This document shows positions 53,001 through 62,690 of a DNA stretch of 64,000 bases, in pieces (the stretch's first letter is position 1; every line of letters begins with the position of its first letter). The position numbers and the translations under genes were made by a program. The notes under the pieces are model-generated. The model did not search any database, was not told the DNA's origin, and was given only the letters and a program-made list of their open reading frames with translations. The stretch lies in NCBI GenBank assembly GCA_000004985.1, contig GG738875.1; one strand, written 5' to 3'. This DNA comes from Naegleria gruberi. Its lineage: Eukaryota.

Positions 53001-56000
53001 TATACTTGGTATATGAAGCCATAAACTTGTTACCTCTGGTATGATTCTTAGTAAGATGGTAAACACCTCTCAAACAGACCAATACTTGTTCGAAGATTAA
53101 TCTTTCAGCACCCTTTCTCAAATCAGTAGAGTGAATAGATAAATCAGAAATGTTACTCATGAGTTCAAACAAAATATTCATAACAATTGGTAAGTGAGGC
53201 ATAAATAAGGAAAAGTCAATATCACAGAACTTCATCAAAATGGATCTGCAAATGTATTCCAAAATCTTTTCCTTATTCTCAGTCTCAGGGCTATACAAAT
53301 CGTGAATACTGGCAAAGAAGAGTTTCAAAATATCATCACGTGGATTGATTGTTGAAACAAGTTGTGCCATAAGCTTGAATCTGGCATCACTTATTTTTTC
53401 AAGAGTGCCCTTAGTTTGACTCTTAGTAAGGTAATCTGGTTGGAGTTCCTTGTATACTCTGAGTTCTCCAGTAAAGAATTGCTTTTGGAAATCAGTATGT
53501 TTGAGTTGATAGATTGCTTGTGCCTTGTCAGCTTCATAAATCTTGTTCTTTTCAGTCAAATCCAAGAATGAATAACCTAGGATTGCTCTATCACTGTTAC
53601 CAAAATCATCCTTTCTATCCAAGAATTCATACTTTAGCTTATTAGACTTTTTATCAATATCAATATGATAGAAAGTGAAAAGCAAGTGATTACCCTTGTT
53701 TGAAACAGCTGGAATATCAAGCTTAATTTCATCAAGGAATTGTGGAGTCTTATTATCATACTCAAGAGCAGAGAATTCACTATGCTTCTTTTCAGAAGTA
53801 AATCTGTTAATAATGACTGGATTAGATTTTTGAAGCTCTTCCAATGTTGGAATAGTGCTATCTGATTCTCTGAAAATTACCTCAATGAGAATGTTCTTAC
53901 CATTAGCCTTTTCCAATTTGACACCTTGTGGATAGACATACAAAGTATTTTGTAAGTTCATGTATGGATATCTGATTTTGTACCATGGAATTTCATTAAC
54001 TGAAATAGACTCTAAAATCTTCATTTGCTCTTCAAAGAGGGCTTTTCCGAAATCACCAGAATTTAGGATGACTGAATTACGACGTTCGGCCTCACTTTCT
54101 TCATCTTCTTCTTCCATAACATTGGCAACATCAGTACTATCATCTCCCAAATAATTGTTTGGTGTTTGGTAAGATGAGTGGTCTTCATTGATACTTCCAC
54201 TGTCTTCAGAATCTTGCTTGTATATGAGTTGACTATCACCAATACCAGCTCCAGTATCTTCTGATGGTTTTGATAACTTGTACTTTTGAAGATCACTGAT
54301 CAACTCAACGTAAACCTTCATTGTAGCGTTAACAGAATGGTGTTTAGTCTTTTGCTTAAGTGCAGAGTAAACATTGAGTGGATTTTTGTAATCACCTTCA
54401 ACAAAGAACATTTGTTCAAAGTTCAAAATACTAGATGTCAACTCTATCTTCTTCTCATTGATTTTAAATAAAGGTACAAATCCAAAGAATGCTGGATACC
54501 TAAAGAAAGCCAACTTGTCCTTCTTTTCTAAAAATTCGGAACTAAATTCCTTCTTCTTGTGTGCCTTGATTGTATCCTTGGTTGGGCCATTGGATACACG
54601 GTTAACAAACAATACCAAAAACATTTCTTCATTTGGTGAAGAAACTGAGAATAATCTCTTCTCAGTTCTAGCAACACCTCTCTTTTGAAGAGAATTATGG
54701 AGGGATTCTGGAAGTTTCATCAATTGTTCATCAGTGAACATGTGGAAGTGATAATCTTCGCTGACCTTCTTTAAATATTTGGCATCATAGATGGCAACAG
54801 AGAATGTGAATAGATCATTTTGGAGTTCAGTACTATCCATAAAAATAAAATCGCTGCATGATAATTGGAATCTGAACTTTTTCTTGACAGGATATTCAAT
54901 TTCAGGGAATCTTTGACACATAGTAGTATGGAGTGGTTTGTATTCATATCTTGGTTGTAAAACTCCCATCAATCTCTTAGTATCCTTTTGAACATTTTTA
55001 CGATTCAATTCGGCAATATCGTTCAATTTCTTTTGAGGATCAACACTCAAACTGTCAGTCTTTTGCAGTTCTGCAGTGAGTTCATTCAAAAGTTCAAGAG
55101 GACGCTTAGCACACAATTCCTTAGCCTTTTCAACCAAACTCTTTTTCAAAGATTTGGAAATATCGATTTCATCAAAAGCATCAACAGCCTTCTTTTCACC
55201 AGTCTTCTTTTGAAGATTGGCAATTTCCTTCTCTGAAAGGTTTTGTTGATTAGTTACAAGAGAGGTGAAGCTCATTTGTCTTGGGAAGTTTGGATCGTTT
55301 GGATCGATGGTTGGAACCTCCTTCTTAGTTTCAGATCCTTCCTTTCCTTCCTTATCGTCCTTCTTAGTACTAGATTCGGTATTTTGTGCAGTAGTCTTGA
55401 AGATATTATTCCAAATTGATTTTCTCTTGTCTCTGTTTGTTGCTGCAGGGGAACCGGCTGAACTTGATTTACCACTACCAGAAGCAGCAATAGAATCACG
55501 ATTACTACTTCTAGACAAGGCATTCTTTAACTTTTTGGACAAGCCACTTTCTGTAAAGTCACCCATTTGTTCAGTAGCACGGAAAAGCTCCTCTGGATCT
55601 TTAGAAGTTTGTACTTCAGTAGCCTTTTCAGCTTGGGCTTTTTCAATGTCTAAAATCTTGGACATGGAAGGTAAGATATCGTCATCATTTGTATCTTGAT
55701 TCTCCTCTTCCTCTGATTTCTTTTGTTCCTTCTTATTCTTCTTAGCTGATTTATCCTCATGTTCAGTTGATTGTGTTGCTGTTGTTACCGTAGTACTGTT
55801 AGTAGGAGCCTCAGAATTAAGAATTGCATATTGTGGTTTGAAAGGAGACATTCTGTATGGATTTGCTTCATAATGCAAAATCTTGAATGGTTTATAGAAA
55901 ACTTGCAAACAGTGTCTCACATGAGGGAATTTGAAATAAACAACTTCCTCCAAATTAGTATCTGCATCACTTGATTTCTTTGTAACTTTTTGTAAATATC

Positions 56001-57522
56001 CACCTCCGTAAGAAAGGAATCTGAAAAAGTTTTTAACAAGTAATCCCTTATGTTCTGAATTTTCTTTGCTTGGTGATGTTTTTGTACCATTACTACTGGA
56101 TTCATTGGTGGAATTGCCTGTAGCAGGAGAGAGTGCATTTTGTTCAGAAGGTGATCCAAGAGTATTCAATGATGTATTAACACTACCACCTCCGCTACTA
56201 ATGAGCATACTATTAGAATGTTGTTGAATTCTCATACTTGATGATCTCATCAAAATTCTTCTAGATGTCTGATTACGAAGAGATCCAGTATTGAACAATA
56301 CCATCCACTGTGTTTGATCAATTTCCTCAATTGAAAATGGATCCATAGCTTGCATATTCACTGGTAAAGGTGATTTTTGCTCGCTGCTCTTTCCATTAGT
56401 GTCATCAGAGAGAGTTGAAGCAATCATTTTCATTAGCTTTTGTTGACGTCTCTTTTCCTCTTCTGTCATTGGTGGAGGAGGAGTGGCAGGTGGAGGAGGA
56501 AGAGGTCCATTATATGAAGTAATAGTGAGTTTTCCACTTGTAGTTGTAGTAACAGTGTTATTATTATTGGTGGAAGATGTAGAACTGCTAGCAGAACTGG
56601 TAGTGTCATGCTCAACACTTGTTTGACTAGTTGATGATGATGTCACTTCAGTGTGTTGTTGTACAGGTTCTTCTTCTTCGTTTAGACGTGGAGTTGGTTG
56701 TTCAACACTGATGGCAACATCAGCAACAAATGAAGTTGAATTACTGGTAGTAGTATTATCATTAGTGATACTAACAGCTACCTCTTGTTGTTCAATTACA
56801 ACAGCATCACTGTTGGAGTCTGCCCTAGAAACCAATGTTTCTTCTTGTGTAATATTAGTGGAAACTGGTTCATCAAGTACTACTTCTTGTTGGACAACAT
56901 CAGTGGACGATGTTTGTGATGAGTCAATAATGACCTGGCCAACAGGTGTTTCTTCTACAATAATTGTATTCTGTTCTTCGACAATAGTCTCGCTTTGTAC
57001 CTTTGATACTTCTTGTTGTTGATGATCATCGTGGTCAACATTCGTTATTTCTGCTGTACTTGTAGTTGAAGAATTCAAATTGTTGGAAACTGGTTCATCA
57101 TAATGATGATTTACTTCTTCTATTGTTGTTGTAATTGCTTCTTGTGGTTGTTCTACAGAATTGTTGCTGCTGTCATCACTTGCCTCCTTATGATGAGTAG
57201 AAGAAGATTTAGAAGGACTACCTTCAACTTTTGTATCCACAATAGTAGCAGTAGAATTATTATTATCATTGGAATTGTTGGTAGTAGTGGTACTATCATC
57301 ATGACTAGTTGGAGGTGTTATTGTTTGTGGTTGTGATGTATTATCTAGTTGTTTTTCTTCATCATCAGAAAGACTACTTCTTCTTGATGAATTAGTTGAA
57401 GAGGAAGAAGATGAAGTGGATCCTTCTTGATGTTCATCTTCTTGATTGCTGACAGCAGGTTGATGATGGGTTATTGATGAGTGATTTACTTCATCAACAT
57501 TAGATGATTCATGATGGTCCAT
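50011..57522 (-). CDS. Giant (2503 aa) Ras guanine-nucleotide exchange factor with a C-terminal REM plus CDC25-homology catalytic domain. The N-terminus is S/T/N-rich low complexity. The middle region has a DOCK DHR-1/C2-like segment (tentative).
   Basis: CDC25-homology domain: WPATEIARQETIIDLKIFKKIEANEF...ISYWVQTTIL...NYSAFFAIISGLQSVPVYRLKETRKVL...IVPFIGIFQTDLTFTSDGN. REM region: KKLVEKFVGMLTLEG...MNRLMGVY. The central YVYPQGVKLEKANGKNILIEVIFRESD...HLLFTFYHID segment resembles a DHR-1 C2 fold. ATG at 57520-57522. Confidence 0.75.
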   Translation of the reverse strand: MDHHESSNVDEVNHSSITHHQPAVSNQEDEHQEGSTSSSSSSTNSSRRSSLSDDEEKQLDNTSQPQTITPPTSHDDSTTTTNNSNDNNNSTATIVDTKVEGSPSKSSSTHHKEASDDSSNNSVEQPQEAITTTIEEVNHHYDEPVSNNLNSSTTSTAEITNVDHDDHQQQEVSKVQSETIVEEQNTIIVEETPVGQVIIDSSQTSSTDVVQQEVVLDEPVSTNITQEETLVSRADSNSDAVVIEQQEVAVSITNDNTTTSNSTSFVADVAISVEQPTPRLNEEEEPVQQHTEVTSSSTSQTSVEHDTTSSASSSTSSTNNNNTVTTTTSGKLTITSYNGPLPPPPATPPPPMTEEEKRRQQKLMKMIASTLSDDTNGKSSEQKSPLPVNMQAMDPFSIEEIDQTQWMVLFNTGSLRNQTSRRILMRSSSMRIQQHSNSMLISSGGGSVNTSLNTLGSPSEQNALSPATGNSTNESSSNGTKTSPSKENSEHKGLLVKNFFRFLSYGGGYLQKVTKKSSDADTNLEEVVYFKFPHVRHCLQVFYKPFKILHYEANPYRMSPFKPQYAILNSEAPTNSTTVTTATQSTEHEDKSAKKNKKEQKKSEEEENQDTNDDDILPSMSKILDIEKAQAEKATEVQTSKDPEELFRATEQMGDFTESGLSKKLKNALSRSSNRDSIAASGSGKSSSAGSPAATNRDKRKSIWNNIFKTTAQNTESSTKKDDKEGKEGSETKKEVPTIDPNDPNFPRQMSFTSLVTNQQNLSEKEIANLQKKTGEKKAVDAFDEIDISKSLKKSLVEKAKELCAKRPLELLNELTAELQKTDSLSVDPQKKLNDIAELNRKNVQKDTKRLMGVLQPRYEYKPLHTTMCQRFPEIEYPVKKKFRFQLSCSDFIFMDSTELQNDLFTFSVAIYDAKYLKKVSEDYHFHMFTDEQLMKLPESLHNSLQKRGVARTEKRLFSVSSPNEEMFLVLFVNRVSNGPTKDTIKAHKKKEFSSEFLEKKDKLAFFRYPAFFGFVPLFKINEKKIELTSSILNFEQMFFVEGDYKNPLNVYSALKQKTKHHSVNATMKVYVELISDLQKYKLSKPSEDTGAGIGDSQLIYKQDSEDSGSINEDHSSYQTPNNYLGDDSTDVANVMEEEDEESEAERRNSVILNSGDFGKALFEEQMKILESISVNEIPWYKIRYPYMNLQNTLYVYPQGVKLEKANGKNILIEVIFRESDSTIPTLEELQKSNPVIINRFTSEKKHSEFSALEYDNKTPQFLDEIKLDIPAVSNKGNHLLFTFYHIDIDKKSNKLKYEFLDRKDDFGNSDRAILGYSFLDLTEKNKIYEADKAQAIYQLKHTDFQKQFFTGELRVYKELQPDYLTKSQTKGTLEKISDARFKLMAQLVSTINPRDDILKLFFASIHDLYSPETENKEKILEYICRSILMKFCDIDFSLFMPHLPIVMNILFELMSNISDLSIHSTDLRKGAERLIFEQVLVCLRGVYHLTKNHTRGNKFMASYTKYIFDEMNRGYPIYSVLTRVFTDYLEELTKILQEPTKHYFVTNNLTEHDPFRFSWFIFDVIIKSLTLCIKTDSLDCLTIKDSWYLNKSNDGYGWNDEHPLSQEYFVRKVKQLMHHFCSRTKKLLSSSGSGRQNIGLNSNRNLALFIRDLIPFIDREYYIDIVKHYMDCLSGDASTEALLRLKSEFVAILCDYDYFIPLNSLQLQEGNFMVRHLFDVFFATIETNNEKLMLKVGKYLLDLFCKIDFDSRYQDTSKRAAIAEIFLYFVDRYMDKEEYLTMFHNDELYILTSFCLLWVLRNLSEQRLIQWWTQAPLHVMINCISFLDYVVMSVHHLDYSSSIPKERKKGGQRNIRIETVLSVNYILSKITEKNVLNQIFENINVKYPIDKLLANKEEYVQVISKLEITRNTKTMTPVKSLLLRSISRLIFNMIFQLTMKDEFKVVSLIFQDCLHPFLTSFNHSLVCPDLYDLTIPKKDRVPYAQKRKVEQKWRWLLGACSLYTEELMGDKAIGESIQISKECMALLLEPFSYVLNFESEVDLEDEPEDVNVDIKRSTISSGTLKKLVEKFVGMLTLEGETELRGVFHSTFLNTFSSFTTARSLMNRLMGVYRSVIKNNTVRLYIEQAMNELLKEAFHALDNEAVALYAHYFEEIAQPIRKKQQEDGAKRVHPTLKKIRKTLVQNLLSFKKDESGSTSHHGQSNTVMIPKGVPIEKLKEPEISLNQWKIQKSKYINEGMPNPYNIQFNLLSWPATEIARQETIIDLKIFKKIEANEFYNSAWSDIKYKYELAPHISSLTDRVNNISYWVQTTILTESNTEIRKALFKKFVEIAKETYELNNYSAFFAIISGLQSVPVYRLKETRKVLSQDDANIFKIFDDLHANNRIKLRENLKNTIVNNNTPIVPFIGIFQTDLTFTSDGNPDEFNHPKNPNKKLINYQKRRIYYNTIQTVKDLQSCSNLYRLEPIPYLQYVLKEQIFEGIITNDDELHKKSLVIEPRKAQ

Positions 57523-58273
57523 TCTTTTCTCCTATACATAATATTGAATTGTTGTTAGTAAGATAATTGATTGTCTACTTACATAAAGCTTTATTTCTTC
57601 TCTCTTCCTTGTAGGTAGTGCAGGATGATGATTGGAAGTAAAATGGCTCTGAAACGAGAGAAAAAATAATCTAAATTTTTTTTGCTGATGTGAAAATATT
57701 TGTCAAATGTCAACTGCTTGTTGGTGACAAACATTTTCGCCTCAACAGACATCACCTAAACCCATCGCTTCAGACTAGAACTTCATGTTGACACAATTTC
57801 CTTAATATTGAAAATAATTCAACTTTCAACTTATTGTTGATGAAGCCTTCTTGCATTCTCTTGTAAGAGAAACAAATATTAAGGTACATTGATGTTGTAT
57901 AGCATGTTACTCAAAGAGGTCTTTTACTCTCCTCCAATCCATCACTTTTCGTCAGTGAACAATAATCTTCATCGGAAGCCAAAAAATATCTATCCTTTCC
58001 CATAAAGATTTTATCTTCCCTCACTTCCTGTTGATGCTCAAGGGTCAACGTTCATTATTGTTGTTGGTTGTGATATGACTCATTGAGGTGATTGAGATAT
58101 TTTTTATTTTAATTAATTAAATTTTAATTTAAATATTTGGCGGCAAAACGCCTTAACGGATTTACTAATTGCAGATAAACAATGAATATCTTGTAACCCA
58201 GTAATTAGCTCACAATCATGTCAATGTTTGGCAATTATTTATCCTACTATCAAGATGCAACAACACAAAAAAA

Positions 58274-58576
58274 ATGTCCTTCTTATCTACTCAAGATGTC
58301 TTCATCCCTTTTGGTGTGAATCTTCTTTCCTTGGCTGCTGGCGTTTGTCTTGGCTTTGGTTATTTGCTTTTATCTGAAAAGATTAACCCACCTGCAAGAA
58401 CAGATGTTTCTGATATCACAAGAATTGTAAAGATTTGTGCTCGTTATGGATTTGCTGGTGTTGCTATTTGTTTCTTCTACTATTTGATTAATGTTGGTTG
58501 GAAACCTGCCTTGTCTATTGTTGCTGGAGATGCTGCTATATTGTTGGGCTTGAGAATTTCTGGATTTTGGCAATAA
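58274..58576 (+). CDS. Small predicted membrane protein, 100 aa, about 3 TM segments.
   Basis: ATG ORF with hydrophobic segments LLSLAAGVCLGFGYLLL, GFAGVAICFFYYLI and ALSIVAGDAAILLGL. Confidence 0.3.
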   Translation: MSFLSTQDVFIPFGVNLLSLAAGVCLGFGYLLLSEKINPPARTDVSDITRIVKICARYGFAGVAICFFYYLINVGWKPALSIVAGDAAILLGLRISGFWQ

Positions 58577-58861
58577 ATTGTTTTACAATTCCCATTACAT
58601 CAGATTTGTTGTTCTATTCAATAGATATAATACGAAAGCTTACCATATTTCATCTCGCAATGATTGTAAGATTACAATATTTCATCTCGCCTTACTGCTA
58701 CTACTGTAATTTCATTGAGGAACTCTTCTTTCGAACTCTTAATTCCAAAACAGTTGCAGGTCATTACTGTCCAAAATAGATATTCAACAAAACGAAGAGA
58801 CATTAAAAACCAAAAAAAGGTGTGCCTAAGGATTATAATTACACTTTTCTTTAAAAAAAGC

Positions 58862-59149
58862 ATGCAAATCATATTGGATTTTGTCAAGTTTGTGGTTGTT
58901 CCAATCTTGTTTGCAGTCTTTTCCTTGTTTTTGGGATCAATGGTTGGAATTGCAATTGTTTTTCTCAATGAAAGATACATAAACAGTTCACCCACCAATC
59001 ACAGAAATCACTACGTAGCCAATTTACTGTTCAGTTTTGCAATATTGGGATTAATCGTGTCGATGGCAGCTAGCATTTTGTGGATTGGATGGCAATGTAT
59101 CATCACCATTGCTTTTGCTGTTTTATTAGTCTACTACTTTGTTACATAG
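58862..59149 (+). CDS. Small predicted membrane protein, about 95 aa from the internal ATG, 3 TM segments. Possibly paralogous to 58274..58576.
   Basis: MQIILDFVKFVVVPILFAVFSLFLGSMVGIAIVFL...LLFSFAILGLIVSMAASILWIGWQCIITIAFAVLLVYYFV. Confidence 0.3.
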   Translation: MQIILDFVKFVVVPILFAVFSLFLGSMVGIAIVFLNERYINSSPTNHRNHYVANLLFSFAILGLIVSMAASILWIGWQCIITIAFAVLLVYYFVT

Positions 59150-59341
59150 ACTTCTTCTCTCGGATGCCTTTCTCTTGAATGTATTGTGAATCATCCTACT
59201 GTGTTTCTTTCCAATACTTTTCGTGTTCCCTGTTCTTGATAGTTAGAAATAATAACAACAATGATGAACTTGAATATTGTCTTTTGAAATAAGAACAATA
59301 AAAAAATAGAAAACATTGTTTGGGGACGAGTTAATATTATT

Positions 59342-59606
59342 ATGAAGCGTCTATTTCCATCGACACAGGAAAGAGTTCGTGGTGTTCTCTTTGGGCTAGT
59401 GGCTGGTGATAAGAATCATGGACCTCAAGCGATGGGCATAATGGTTGGCAAGGCTTTGATTGATAATAAGAAGAACAGTTCAACTTTGGAGATGAAAGTG
59501 CCATCCTCCGAACGTTATTCATTGGAATTTAATCAATTATTGACTAATATATTGAAAAATTATTTGCATTGGTATCATTCCAAGTCGAAGGGATGGTATG
59601 ATACTG
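59342..59606 (+). CDS. Exon 1 of a two-exon gene, tentatively ADP-ribosylglycohydrolase-like.
   Basis: MKRLFPSTQERVRGVLFGLVAGDKNHGPQAMG resembles the glycine-rich Gly-x3-Gly-x3-GD motif of that family. GTAAGT donor at 59607, phase 1. Confidence 0.45.
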
Positions 59607-59669
59607 GTAAGTAGTAGTAAAATTGAGAAATTGTTTGGAATGATCAATTATCATCATCATCATTAATAG

Positions 59670-60457
59670 GACAAATTGGAAAGGAAATATTTGACAAGTT
59701 TAAATCAGGAGATTTTAATGGAGAATCAAATGATGTGAAGGAATTGGAAACGCAATTATATGAAGTGGCAATTGTAGTGAGACAATTGGATAATCAATTG
59801 AATGGACAAACTGGTGGAATTAATCCAGCTCATAGAAATGTAGTATTGAGCATGTACAATAGAATTAGTGATGATGATTTGTTAAAGATGGCAAAGGAAG
59901 AGACCAGATTGACTCATTATTCAGTATTTGCTTGTGAAGCAGCACAAATGCAGAATTATATTTGTAGAAGATATATCAAAATGAATATTTCTGAAAATGA
60001 GCCAAGATTATCAATTCTTGCAGTTTGTAAAGAGTTTGTGGAAAACAATCAATTGTCAAAGGAATTTAAAAATTCATTGAATCAAGTTTTGGAAAATAAG
60101 GAATTTCTGAGTGGAGATTCGAATGCAATTGCTTTACTGAGAAAGTCCATTTCAAGAGGAGGTTTTTCACCACAAACTTTGGCCTCTGCACTGTATTTTA
60201 TCATTCTTCATACAATGCTCATGGAAAATGAGTACACATCTGAGAGAGAAATGGCTGTGTCATGCCTTCTCGATTCGTTCCAATTTGCTGGCAGTGCTAA
60301 TTATTGTCCAGTATTGGTTGGTCCAATTCTTGGCTCAATGTTTGGAGATTCAGTTTTCTTTAACAACTCTGAGAGTGAAGATGATTTGCTCTCTCATTCT
60401 AAACGAATGGAGGAAGCCCTTGAAGTTTGTACTGAGCTTGCAGATATGTGGAATTAA
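59670..60457 (+). CDS. Exon 2 of the same gene.
   Basis: The 63-nt intron 59607..59669 ends in ttaatag. The exon continues in frame as G-GQIGKEIFDKFKSGDF... and ends in a Gly-rich C-terminal segment, AGSANYCPVLVGPILGSMFG. Confidence 0.45.
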
Positions 60458-60827
60458 AAACTATTTATTTTGTAAAAATATAATGCATCAATTATGGATC
60501 TATGAAGATATTGGCTGAAATAATATTGCAATTGCAATATTGGATAAATTTACGGTAAAATGCTCCCTAAACAGCAAAGGGTTAAAGGTTCTCTGGAAAT
60601 GCTTCCAACACGATAGTAATTATATTCTCGATCTGACTGTGCCCAATTAGGATTTCACAAAATTTTTATGCATTTCAATACTGCTGTGCATTGCAAGCAT
60701 TTAATTGAACTACCACAATGGGTCTATAATCAAGAGAGGATCAAAAATGGAAAATTTACATTTTGAAACCTCTGTTCCAGGAACAGTAGATGAGATAGGT
60801 AAATATCTAATTAGGTACTTTAATGGA

Positions 60828-61748
60828 TTATTTATTCGTTGTTGGCAAATCGAAGGATGCAATGTAGACTGAACGTTGTTGAGGTATCGCATTGGATATC
60901 ATGACAAGCAACTCCATATTATTTCTCACTATCGATTCAACTTGTATCAGTGAAGAATTATTCAACGATTGAAACAATCGTATTCTTTCTGAAAATTCTT
61001 CAGATTCTAGCAAGTCTTTTGAGATTATTTCCTTCTCTTGACAGGTCATGGTGTGAGCCGTTCTGTGCTCTTTCAATTCCTTTGCCAAGAGCAAGTTTTC
61101 AAATACTTTGGTCACTGTTGCTTTGATATATAATTGAAGTTGGCAATGAATACATTGGCATGGGGAATTAGTAGTAGAAGTGGTGGTGGTGCTATTGTTC
61201 AATGATTGATTGTTTGTTGTGTTTGTAGAGGATGAGGATAATGGAATGGATGGAGGTTGTGTGGATGGTGTTACATTAGTGGAGGAGGAAGAAGATGAAT
61301 TGGAGGAAATGGAATTTCTCATTTCAATCAGAGCAGCCAAAATCAATTGTTGACAATCAGCACTCGTTGAATTGTTGGTGGTTGTGTTACTACTACTACC
61401 CATTGGAATGTAATTTTGCAAGAGGGGTACTATCAATTTGAGAATGTTATCAAAATTGAAAGAGTTAGATGTAGCATTCACTAGAACTGGAGGAGCAACA
61501 GTGGCTGCTTGTTGTCTCTGATTGATTCTCTCCTGTTGTTGAAGAGCAATTTGAAATTGTCTCAATGCTACAATGTGTCTGCCACTTCTCATTCGGAAGG
61601 TCTTTCTAATTTTCCCAATATAACTCTTCGTTGACCTCATATCAGAATAATAGTTATTATCATAATCACCACCACCATCCTGTGTTGTTGTATTACTACT
61701 AATACTAGAGGTGCTATTGCTATTACTGAATAATGTTGTCATCTCCAT
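60828..61748 (-). CDS. S/T/N-rich hypothetical protein.
   Basis: ORF with its first ATG at 61746-61748 (MEMTTLFSNSNS...). Low-complexity tracts and a CQCIHCQLQLY motif. Confidence 0.4.
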   Translation of the reverse strand: MEMTTLFSNSNSTSSISSNTTTQDGGGDYDNNYYSDMRSTKSYIGKIRKTFRMRSGRHIVALRQFQIALQQQERINQRQQAATVAPPVLVNATSNSFNFDNILKLIVPLLQNYIPMGSSSNTTTNNSTSADCQQLILAALIEMRNSISSNSSSSSSTNVTPSTQPPSIPLSSSSTNTTNNQSLNNSTTTTSTTNSPCQCIHCQLQLYIKATVTKVFENLLLAKELKEHRTAHTMTCQEKEIISKDLLESEEFSERIRLFQSLNNSSLIQVESIVRNNMELLVMISNAIPQQRSVYIASFDLPTTNK

Positions 61749-62381
61749 GGTGGTGACGAGATTCTTCAAGTATGTTCGTTTATTATTTGAGCGCTATTAT
61801 GAATCTCTATAAGGAACAAGAGACTCTACGACCGAATATTTGTGTTGTGTTTTTTTTGATTAATTGCAGTTGAGAGAAGTCTCGAATCTGTTTTATGCTA
61901 ATCGAAAACCTTAGCGGACGATACATACTTGAATCTCAAAAATATTCTTAGTCGAGATTTAAATCTGGCCATTTTGGGACATCATGGTGTTTTAGGCAAC
62001 TTTTTTAGCCTCTTTTTTAAATCGATTTAACGTTCGATGAATGTGGAAGTTTTGTGTGTAAGAAAAGTAATATCATGGTTAAATCTCGATTCAAGCAGAT
62101 ATATTGAGGTGGTCCCAGGTTTGTTGTAGACTGAAAGAATGTTGGAAAATGTTGCTTGGATTTAAAGCCAGACTACTGTTAAAAGTTCTGAATATGGACA
62201 CCAGAAGCATAGGTTTCATTTCTGTTATCCATACCTGCTTCAAGCATAGAAATGGAACCAACAAGAAACCCTATCATATAAGAACTCAAATTACAACAAA
62301 TCAGTAAACAACCCTCAGATTAACAAAATCAAAACAAAAAACAACCTTCTTTTTTGACTGTTGTGTAAAAGCAAAATCATT

Positions 62382-62452
62382 TGCATTAGCCGGGAGTCGA
62401 ACCCGGGTCACCAGCTTGGAAGGCTGGTATGATACCGTTACACTACTAATGC
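62382..62452 (-). tRNA. tRNA-Gly, anticodon UCC.
   Basis: Reverse complement GCATTAG TA GTGT AACGGTA TCAT A CCAGC CTTCCAA GCTGG TGAC CCGGG TTCGACT CCCGG CTAATGC A forms a canonical cloverleaf with a 7-bp acceptor stem. Confidence 0.85.
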
Positions 62453-62690
62453 TCTTGAAATATTTTTTAAATTAAGGAAATTCAGGAATGTGATGAATAT
62501 ATTTAAGGTGCTTTTGCATATTCCTCCTCAATTATATAAGTTTATTGTAACCTTTTGTAATACCTTGCTTTCAAGAATGAAGATGCATGTACCAATATTA
62601 CACTTCAACTTTGATATTGTGTTAAATATGAACTTGGTTCATTTAAAAATAGTGCAAATTTTCAAAAAAAAACAAATAGATAACAACAAT

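Noticed and set aside
50170-57336. Numerous short sense and antisense ORFs inside the 7.5-kb RasGEF gene (for example 55265..55699, 56651..57022).
   Set aside because: They are embedded in a long ORF with clear domain content. They are low-complexity readings with no independent support.
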